Part shown: in pieces, positions 56,815 to 64,000 of the stretch
Layout of the letters: every line of letters starts with the position of its first letter
Position numbering within the stretch: position 1 is the first letter of the stretch
Assembly (NCBI GenBank): GCA_965197905.1
Contig: CBDAOB010000001.1
Span: 1 to 64,000 of the forward strand
Reading direction: 5' to 3'
DNA: 64,000 nucleotides
From: Candidatus Latescibacterota bacterium
GTDB lineage: Bacteria > Latescibacterota > UBA2968 > UBA8231
Notes under the pieces: generated by a model
Database searches by the model: none
Told to the model about the DNA's origin: nothing
Seen by the model: the letters and a program-made list of their open reading frames with translations, nothing else
Translations under genes and position numbers: made by a program

Positions 56815-57305
56815 TGGTTGTCGCTGGGAATGCCCGCAATGAGGTCCTCGACAAGTTTGCGGTTGCGCTCGTCGTCCAGGTTCGCTTCGATCAGAGCACC
56901 GGCCGCTTTCACGGCCAGATCCGCCGTCTCCTTGCGCAACTCGGCTATAGCCGCCTGCTTTTCGCTCTCGATGGCGCGCCGCGCTTGCTCGGTCGTCCGC
57001 TGAGCCTCCTGGCGAGCGTTCGAGACGATTTCCTGCTCGACCTTCTCCGCCGCTTCCCGGGCCAGCCGGACGATCTCTCGCGCCTCGGCGTCGGCGCCCT
57101 GAAGTTTCTGCTGATGCTCTTCGACGATGGACTGAGCTTCTTTTCGAGACCGCTCCGCCGTCTCCAGCGCGTCGCTTATCCGTTTTTCCCGCTCGTCGAG
57201 CGCGCCAAGAAGCGGACGCCATACGGTTGCGCGCAGAACCACCAGCACCACAAAGAAGGTGACTAGGGTCCATATTATGGTTCCTACATGGGGATCTAAT
57301 AGCAT
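56815..57305 (-). CDS. atpF: ATP synthase subunit b; native stop absent, so the ORF reads through the MITE to 56562
   Basis: N-terminal TM, W.PL..LDERE..I, coiled coil; similarity ends near LIAGIPSDN. Confidence 0.92.
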
Positions 57306-57325
57306 CTTCGGGTCTCGTCAGCTAG

Positions 57326-57565
<240 letters not shown>

Positions 57566-57589
57566 CTAGCCGTGCACATGTGATTCCCG

Positions 57590-58423
57590 CTAATGCTCCG
57601 GATGAGCAGCCATGTTGATAAACAAGGCAGATAGCAGGGTGAAGATAAACGCCTGAATAAAACCGATAAAGATGTCCAGCAAATAGAGAGCTACCGCGAA
57701 GGTCACCGAAAAGGGCGCCAGCCAGAGCGCCTTCATCATGATGACGAGGCCCAGAAAGACCAGGATCGCCACGTGTCCGGCGATCATGTTAGCGAAAAGT
57801 CGTATACAGAGGGCAAACGGTTTGGCGAGCAAGGAGATGAGCTCGATGGGAATCATGATAATCAACAGCGGCGCCGGCAACCCCGGGGGGATGAGGCTGC
57901 GAAGATATCCGAACAGACCGTTATTGGCGATGCCCGCTCCCTGGGTTATGAAAAAGGTCATCAGGGCCAGGGCGGCGGTCACACTTACGTTCCCGGTTGC
58001 CGTCGCGGTGTACGGGATCAAACCCAGCAGGTTGCAAAACAGAATAAAGAAGAAGACGGTCAACAGGTACGGTAGATACACCTTGCCGTGGTCGCCCATG
58101 ATCGGAACGACGACCTCGTCGCGGATAAAAACCACCAAAGCTTCGAAGAGATTGGCCAGACCACTTGGCACGAGGGCGGAACGACGAAAAGCGAGGGTGA
58201 GAGACACGATCAGGAGTGCGCTCGCCACCCACATCATCACGATATGTCGAGAGATTGACAGATCTACGGCGACCCCGAACACGTCAATCGGGGCAAACTG
58301 TGGAAGGGAAATCTTGCCGTCGAAGAAGTGGTTTGCGTTCCAGAATGGCACCTCGAGGTAGTCATGGTCGAGAATGTGACCGACGATATCTACCTCTTCG
58401 GACGCGTGCTCCTCGCTTGCCAT
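57590..58423 (-). CDS. atpB: ATP synthase subunit a
   Basis: NLLGLIP, TATGN and IRLFANMIAGH (essential Arg present). Confidence 0.96.
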   Translation of the reverse strand: MASEEHASEEVDIVGHILDHDYLEVPFWNANHFFDGKISLPQFAPIDVFGVAVDLSISRHIVMMWVASALLIVSLTLAFRRSALVPSGLANLFEALVVFIRDEVVVPIMGDHGKVYLPYLLTVFFFILFCNLLGLIPYTATATGNVSVTAALALMTFFITQGAGIANNGLFGYLRSLIPPGLPAPLLIIMIPIELISLLAKPFALCIRLFANMIAGHVAILVFLGLVIMMKALWLAPFSVTFAVALYLLDIFIGFIQAFIFTLLSALFINMAAHPEH

Positions 58424-58501
58424 CAAACCTTCAAAAATCGGAGAAATTTAAGGGAAAAACTGGAACAGACGGCTCCTACTTCTGGTCGAGCCGGGGCATA
58501 A

Positions 58502-58528
58502 ATTATATTGGTGCCAAAATTCTGTCAA
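58502..58528 (-). promoter_or_regulatory. Internal sigma70-like promoter for atpB
   Basis: Perfect TTGACA and TATAAT hexamers but only a 15-nt spacer. Confidence 0.5.
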
Positions 58529-58546
58529 CAGCCGCCAAGTGTGCTC

Positions 58547-58852
58547 CTACTCTGTAGTTGGGACCTGGAGCTGCCGCTGCCGCGCCTGTCTCGTGATCAG
58601 CGCGATTTCGAGAATCATGAACAAGATGTAAGCTCCGATCAGCACGAATATATAGACCGTGCTGTCGATGCTCGTGCGGGTGAGGAGCAGGTACGACGTC
58701 AAGCCCACGGCAATGAGACGAAAAAGGACTCCACCGCCGAAAAAGGCGAGGAATATGTGGAACTTCCGGTCCGCCGTCAGCGCGATTGCGGCCCATGCAA
58801 TTCCGGCGTTGACGGTCGCGACCGCCAGCCCCGCGAAAACCGCTTCAATCAT
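58547..58852 (-). CDS. AtpI-like membrane protein
   Basis: Small hydrophobic ORF between the atpZ-like gene and atpB; its ATG overlaps the upstream stop. Confidence 0.7.
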   Translation of the reverse strand: MIEAVFAGLAVATVNAGIAWAAIALTADRKFHIFLAFFGGGVLFRLIAVGLTSYLLLTRTSIDSTVYIFVLIGAYILFMILEIALITRQARQRQLQVPTTE

Positions 58853-59109
58853 TCGTCTTCCCCATTCCGCGCACTCTGGTCTACCGTTGCCTTGTAGATG
58901 CTGTAGAACCCCGACGCGATACCCAGCAGTATCCCGAGTATCAGAAAAAGGGGTGTGGTGGATAGCCATTCATCGATCCACAATCCGCCGAAGAGTCCGA
59001 TGGCGATAGCGGCCGCGAACTGGAATCCGACGTTGATGAAAGGTCCGGCTTTGGCGTAGGATCGCAGCAGCTTGCGGCTGCCTGATTCGGAATCGTCGTT
59101 CAAGGTCAC
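58849..59109 (-). CDS. AtpZ/AtpI family protein
   Basis: G..F...I.IG..GG.WID.WL.T.P.F.I.G.LLG...GF; GTG overlaps the nuoN TGA. Confidence 0.85.
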   Translation of the reverse strand: MTLNDDSESGSRKLLRSYAKAGPFINVGFQFAAAIAIGLFGGLWIDEWLSTTPLFLILGILLGIASGFYSIYKATVDQSARNGEDE

Positions 59110-60551
59110 ATCACCGAAACAACCGACGAACGGACAATACCGATCAATATGTCTGGGAATAGTCCCAGCGCAAGGGTGCTCGTCGCCGTCAGCAGCAGAA
59201 CAGCCATCGGTTCCGGCGAAATCCGGACTTCCAATGGCGCCGGCGCGGCCGGACGCATGTAGACGTCGACCACGAGGCGGCAGGAGACATAGGCAGAAAA
59301 CAAGGTTGTCAGCGCCGCGACCGCCACCAGCACGAATTGGCCGGCGTCTGCCGCTGCTCCCATCAGCAGAAAGCGACTTGCAAACCCGGCCGACGGAGGC
59401 AGACCCGCCAGATTGAGCAATAGGAGGGCGAAAATCAGCGCGATTGCGGGATGCCGATGAGCTAACCCCGCGTAGTCTCCAATCTCGGTATCGTCTTCGG
59501 CGGGACGACGGCACATCACCAGCAGAGAGTAACATCCCGCCGCCGCCAGAGCGCTCACGCAGATTTGAAACACTGCGCCGACCACTCCATCGGGATTGGC
59601 CGCCGCTATCCCCATCAATGCGAATCCACCTTGAGCGAGGAAGGCATACGCTAGCAAGCGTTTGAGGTTGCGCTGGTTCATAGCGAGAAGATATCCACCT
59701 ATCATGGTTGCGATGGCGAGGACGACGATCGCCGGAACCCATCGATCCGACAGCTGCTCGAAGCCGTAGAGAAAGAATCGCATGAGCACCGCCAGCGCGG
59801 CCGCGCCCGGAGCTACCGAAATGAAGCCTGCTACCGGCGCCGAGACACCGTGGCGCACATCGGGCGCCCACATGTGAAACGGCAGCACCGCGGTTTTGAC
59901 GCAGAGGCCTACGAGCAGGAATGCCAGGCCGCTGAGGAGCAGTGGATCGCCGGTGCCGCTATTCAATAGATGCACGGTCAATTCCCTTAGCCCGGTGGAA
60001 CCTACGGCGCCGTAGACCAGGCTGCCGCCGTAGAGGATTATGCCACTTCCCAACGCTCCCATAACGTAGAACTTCGCCGCGGATTCCACTGCGTGTTCCG
60101 GCCTCGCGGCGTATACGCTCAATACGCACAGGCTCAACGTCGTCAGCTCCAACCCCACATAAACTAGCACGAGGTCGGTCGCAGCCACCGATACCATTGT
60201 GCCGAGACCGGCGATCAAAAGCAAAGGGTAAAATTCGCTGCAGACGTCGCGCGGCAGATACTGCAACGCCAGCAGCACCGTCAGCACGGTGATACCCAGC
60301 AAGAGTACGTGGAAGAATGATGAGAACGCGTCGCGTGCATACATCCCCCCAAACGCCTCGGCGTTGACTTCCTGGTTCCATTCCATGAGCTCCAGGCAGA
60401 GGGCGATCAGGCCGACACAGAGACAGATATATCCGATTCCGCGGCTGGATCGGCGCGGCCAAAAGACCGCATCGAGCAGGAAAATCAAAATGGCGGCAGC
60501 GCCGACGACGATCTCTGGATAGAGGGCGGACCAATCTGCGGCCAAGCTCAT
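59106..60551 (-). CDS. nuoN: NADH-quinone oxidoreductase subunit N-like (divergent)
   Basis: GLEL, K..VLPFHMWAPDV, NLKRLLAY and LAGLPP.AGF; third gene in L-M-N order. Confidence 0.88.
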   Translation of the reverse strand: MSLAADWSALYPEIVVGAAAILIFLLDAVFWPRRSSRGIGYICLCVGLIALCLELMEWNQEVNAEAFGGMYARDAFSSFFHVLLLGITVLTVLLALQYLPRDVCSEFYPLLLIAGLGTMVSVAATDLVLVYVGLELTTLSLCVLSVYAARPEHAVESAAKFYVMGALGSGIILYGGSLVYGAVGSTGLRELTVHLLNSGTGDPLLLSGLAFLLVGLCVKTAVLPFHMWAPDVRHGVSAPVAGFISVAPGAAALAVLMRFFLYGFEQLSDRWVPAIVVLAIATMIGGYLLAMNQRNLKRLLAYAFLAQGGFALMGIAAANPDGVVGAVFQICVSALAAAGCYSLLVMCRRPAEDDTEIGDYAGLAHRHPAIALIFALLLLNLAGLPPSAGFASRFLLMGAAADAGQFVLVAVAALTTLFSAYVSCRLVVDVYMRPAAPAPLEVRISPEPMAVLLLTATSTLALGLFPDILIGIVRSSVVSVM

Positions 60552-62056
60552 GGCGTTCCCCCTTGCGGAGCTTTCACGGTGGTTTTGTGCCCCGGATCCG
60601 CGTGAGCCAGCACCTGTTCGATCGAGTGCGCCATCTTGTCGTGGATAGCCTGGGGACTCAACCCGATCCATAAGATCCCCAGGAACAAGGGAACCAGAAG
60701 GATTACTTCGCGGGGGCGCAGATCGTCACCGGGTGCAGGCGAAGTCCCGGCGCCGAACCCCAGACGCTGATAACGGCGCAGCAAGCTGGCAGCTAGAAAC
60801 AGCGATCCGATAACGGCGCCAATCGCGTAACCCAGATTTCGTTCCAGAGCGCCCAGGATCACGGAGATCTGGCTTACGAAAACGTTCAACCCCGGGATCC
60901 CGATCGCGGCCAGCATGATGAGGAGAAGGGCCGCACAGGTTTTCGGGTGGCTCCTGGCCAGCCCCCGCTCATCCTCCAGTCCCCTCCCTCGCAGAATTCC
61001 GGCCACTGCGAACAATCCCGCCATTACCAGACCCCGGTTGATCATGTGAGCCACCCCACCACCGACGCCGGCCACCGTCAGGGTTGAAAACCCCAGAACG
61101 ATCAAACCCACCTGGCTCACGGTCACATACGCCAGCAGACGCGGTAACTCCGCTTCGACGAGGGCGAGCAGACTGCCGTAGAGAATCGCACTCACCGCCA
61201 GCAGCAAGACATATTCGTCCACCCGGTGCAGGGCCTCAGTGAACAAGGGAACGCAAAACCTTACGAATCCGTAGATCCCCAGATTCAGCCAGATGCCCGT
61301 GACGACGATCGAGCCGGCGGAGCTGGCGTGTCTATGCAGATCCGCCAGCCAACTGTGGAACGGGAACAAGGCGGCCTTGAAGGCGAAACCAAAAAACATG
61401 GCTGCCAGGAGCCAGAGCTCGGCATCGGTTGACAGGGAGAGCTGGCTCAGGCGCGAAAACTCGAAACTCCGGGGCCCTTCCAGATCCGCTTGTAGCACGC
61501 CCAGATACACGATGGCACCGAGAATGAGGGCGCTTCCGGCCACATTCGTCAAAGCGAACTTCACCGCGGCATGGATTCGGCCCTCGCCACCCCACACGCC
61601 GACGAGGAGAAAAATTGGCAGCAAGGTGATTTCGAGGCTGATGTAGAACATGGTCAAGTCCAATGCCACGAACGCGGCAGCAGCTCCACCCGTTGCTGCC
61701 AGCAAGGTGGTCGAGAACTCCTTTACTCGGACCCGTACTTCGTTCCAGCTCGCCAGCTGGGCGATAGGCAGAAGCAGCGCCGCCAGCAAGACGAGAAGCA
61801 GGCTGATGCCATCCAGACCCACATGGTACTCGATCCCCAATTCCTGGATCCAGGTGTGGCGGTACTCCATTTGGGGTCCGTAGATGGCGTCGTCGAATAA
61901 TGCGTAGCAGACCGCGGCGATTGCGGTCTCCACCAGTCCGATTCCCAGGGACACGCCGCGGATCAAATCTTCCTTACCGCGGGGAAGCGCCATAACGAGA
62001 ACGGCGCCGGCCAGAGGCACCAGGATCAGCAGCGTAGGCAGATGATTCACATTCAT
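60548..62056 (-). CDS. nuoM: NADH-quinone oxidoreductase subunit M-like (divergent)
   Basis: WI..LGI.Y.VGLDGISL, VWGG..R..AA.KF and FAFK..LFPFHSWL. Confidence 0.88.
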   Translation of the reverse strand: MNVNHLPTLLILVPLAGAVLVMALPRGKEDLIRGVSLGIGLVETAIAAVCYALFDDAIYGPQMEYRHTWIQELGIEYHVGLDGISLLLVLLAALLLPIAQLASWNEVRVRVKEFSTTLLAATGGAAAAFVALDLTMFYISLEITLLPIFLLVGVWGGEGRIHAAVKFALTNVAGSALILGAIVYLGVLQADLEGPRSFEFSRLSQLSLSTDAELWLLAAMFFGFAFKAALFPFHSWLADLHRHASSAGSIVVTGIWLNLGIYGFVRFCVPLFTEALHRVDEYVLLLAVSAILYGSLLALVEAELPRLLAYVTVSQVGLIVLGFSTLTVAGVGGGVAHMINRGLVMAGLFAVAGILRGRGLEDERGLARSHPKTCAALLLIMLAAIGIPGLNVFVSQISVILGALERNLGYAIGAVIGSLFLAASLLRRYQRLGFGAGTSPAPGDDLRPREVILLVPLFLGILWIGLSPQAIHDKMAHSIEQVLAHADPGHKTTVKAPQGGTP

Positions 62057-62057
62057 A

Positions 62058-63959
62058 TCAAAATGCAACGAAGTAGAAGAGCGTGGCTACCAATCCCGCA
62101 GCGGCGACCGTGGCATACAATCCGACCCTACCGGTTTGGGTCGCGCAGAGAACCCAACCGATACCGCGGACAAACATCGCGCTGCCCCACACGCAACCGA
62201 GATCCAGGACAACCGTATCGACGGCGTCTCGCAAGAAACCCGCAATCCAGCGGAGAGGGCGAAGGACTACCTGCTGACATAGCCATTCGACGTAGAAGTG
62301 ATTTCGCGCCCATAGCTGCCAGAAACTCTCCTTCTCGGCCGGGGCTGTCTTGAACCCGAACAGGGTCCAGGCGATCCCTAGGCCGACCACAGCCGCCATG
62401 GCAGGCACGAACCAGTAGATCGTTTGCGGAAAATCGGTGGCGTAAGGCACGCTGACGGATAGCTCGGGCAGGATCATGCGGTAGAGTATCTGCGGCTCAA
62501 TCAGAAACGGAATCAACCCGGCTCCAAGGGTCGTAACCGACAGGACGATCAACGCCGCGGCGGCAGCGTGTGGCAGCGGTTTTGGCCGCTCGTCTTGAAC
62601 GGTTGCGGCGGGGCGGGCGTAGATGAGCAACACCACGCGAAAGCCGTAGAGGGCGGTCAGCAGCAAAGCAACGCAACCGACGACCCAGAGATGCAACATG
62701 TCCACCGAATAGATCGCCGCCATGGCCGCTCCCGTACTCCAGAAGGCGGCAGACGGGGGCAGTCCGACAAGACCTGTTATTCCGATGACGAAAGCCCAGA
62801 ACGGGACGAGGAGACGACCTGAACGCTGTGGCAGATTCCACACATCCAGATTGTGATTCGAGCGTGCCGAAAGCACTGAGGTACCGAGGAAAAGCAGGGC
62901 CTTTAGGCAAGCGTGAAGACAGACGTAAAGAATGGCAACCGCATGGGCACCCATGCCGACGACGGCAAGGACCAGACCCAGCTGGCTGGAGCTCGAGAAG
63001 GCCAGCACCTTCTTCAGATCGCGCTCTCCCAAGGCGACGAGGCCGGAGAAAATGGCCGTTGTCAGCCCGACTCCTATGAGAATCCATCGCAGGGACGGTG
63101 ACTGCTCGAGCAACACGCCTGCGCGCACCAGCGTATATACGGCGGCGATGCTCATGAAGCCGAAATGCACCAACGCGTTCGTCGAGGCCGGCGCCCTGGT
63201 CGCACTCGAAAGCCAGACGTGAAACGGAAACTGGGCGCTACGGCAAAATACGGAGACGAGCAGTAGGATCCCGGCCATCTGGGTCCAGCTGGAAGAGCCA
63301 GCTGTTTCCAACCCCTTGTATTCCAGCGTTCCCACTGCCGATGCCAGCATCAGGATGCAGATGAGAAGGGCCAGATCTCCCGCTCTGTCCACCACCCAGA
63401 AACCAAACGCGCCTCCTTCGGCGGAGGCACTGTGGGACTCGCTCAGAATGTCACCGGATTGAATCTCCGGTTCGGTTCGCTCGCGACCCCAGGTTGTCAG
63501 GAAATAACCGCAGATACCCAGCAACACCCATCCCCCATACAGCAAACCTAGATTGTTGGCGATCAGCAGCAGGGTCACCGCCGTCGAGGCCAGGCAGACC
63601 AGCGCGAAGAATCGGGCGCCGCTGCCATCGCGCTTGCGGGTGCCCACGGAAAACAGCTGGATAGCAAAAGCCAGGGTGGTCGTGGCAACCAGCAGTATCG
63701 CCGTGAGCCCGTCTACCAATACGCCGCAGGAAAAGGAAACATCACCGAGGCGCAGCCAAACAAACAGGATCTCATCGACCGTTTGCCCCTGGGACACTTG
63801 TGCAAAAACCAGCAAGGCGGCGCTCCACGACAAAAACAAAGCCGCGGTGGCAACCCACGCCGGCGCCTGCCCGCGGCCAAAGAGGATGCAGAGCGCGGCT
63901 CCTGAAGCCGGCGCCAACAGGACCAGGAGGGCGCCAATGAGGGTATCGGCAATCACCAT
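62058..63959 (-). CDS. nuoL: NADH-quinone oxidoreductase subunit L-like (divergent)
   Basis: RFF..L, RAGD, SAQFPFHVWL, DLKKVLAFS..SQLG, HA..KALLF and C-terminal QTG.V..YA. Confidence 0.88.
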   Translation of the reverse strand: MVIADTLIGALLVLLAPASGAALCILFGRGQAPAWVATAALFLSWSAALLVFAQVSQGQTVDEILFVWLRLGDVSFSCGVLVDGLTAILLVATTTLAFAIQLFSVGTRKRDGSGARFFALVCLASTAVTLLLIANNLGLLYGGWVLLGICGYFLTTWGRERTEPEIQSGDILSESHSASAEGGAFGFWVVDRAGDLALLICILMLASAVGTLEYKGLETAGSSSWTQMAGILLLVSVFCRSAQFPFHVWLSSATRAPASTNALVHFGFMSIAAVYTLVRAGVLLEQSPSLRWILIGVGLTTAIFSGLVALGERDLKKVLAFSSSSQLGLVLAVVGMGAHAVAILYVCLHACLKALLFLGTSVLSARSNHNLDVWNLPQRSGRLLVPFWAFVIGITGLVGLPPSAAFWSTGAAMAAIYSVDMLHLWVVGCVALLLTALYGFRVVLLIYARPAATVQDERPKPLPHAAAAALIVLSVTTLGAGLIPFLIEPQILYRMILPELSVSVPYATDFPQTIYWFVPAMAAVVGLGIAWTLFGFKTAPAEKESFWQLWARNHFYVEWLCQQVVLRPLRWIAGFLRDAVDTVVLDLGCVWGSAMFVRGIGWVLCATQTGRVGLYATVAAAGLVATLFYFVAF

Positions 63960-64000
63960 TTCAAACTGTCCACGGCCGAGAGATCGGTGTGGCCCCGCTG
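63953..64000 (-). CDS. nuoK: 3' end of NuoK (partial)
   Basis: ..RGHTDLSAVDSLKW* overlapping the nuoL start. Confidence 0.6.
   Translation of the reverse strand, partial: QRGHTDLSAVDSLKW

Noticed and set aside
58849..59871. 340-aa ORF as listed in the track
   Set aside because: Only the last 86 codons (AtpZ-like) are plausible; the rest overlaps nuoN out of frame.
59106..63959. Mrp antiporter instead of Nuo
   Set aside because: The K-L-M-N order and subunit-specific termini fit Nuo, and no mrpE/F/G genes follow.

Overview
This is a GC-rich bacterial window, probably from the FCB superphylum and most resembling Ca. Latescibacterota. That assignment is an inference from the EF-hand/dockerin-like 'DFNGDGxVxFxDFFxFxxxFG' module, the 'NYPNPFNP' C-terminal domain and the FCB-style atp operon. 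The left 19 kb (minus strand) holds three tandem paralogous secreted fibre proteins. Each has a signal peptide, a conserved N-domain, about 50-60 Gly/Asn-rich 14-aa repeats and an S74-like intramolecular chaperone. They lie directly upstream of a ~2,700-aa MBG/PKD/cadherin/FN3 surface protein. The middle holds an SDR, DUF1684, rpoZ, a damaged FleS/FleR-like two-component pair, an ATP-grasp protein plus GHMP kinase, fabI, a ComDE-like decarboxylase and a hybrid kinase, then rpoN, lptB, lptC/A, pyrG, gatC, smc, a PRTase, rmlC and an ECF sigma. The right end has nuoK(part)-L-M-N overlapping directly into atpZ-I-B-E-F-H-A-G-D-C and a prenyl synthase. Top observations: (1) NuoL/M/N are full length but lack many conserved proton-pathway charged residues; (2) a possible two-part adhesin made of anchorless fibres plus a giant scaffold. 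About a dozen frameshifts, deletions and one micro-inversion occur, mostly in the first 38 kb, so some 'pseudogenes' may be sequencing or assembly artefacts. I saw no rRNA, tRNA, CRISPR array or transposase.
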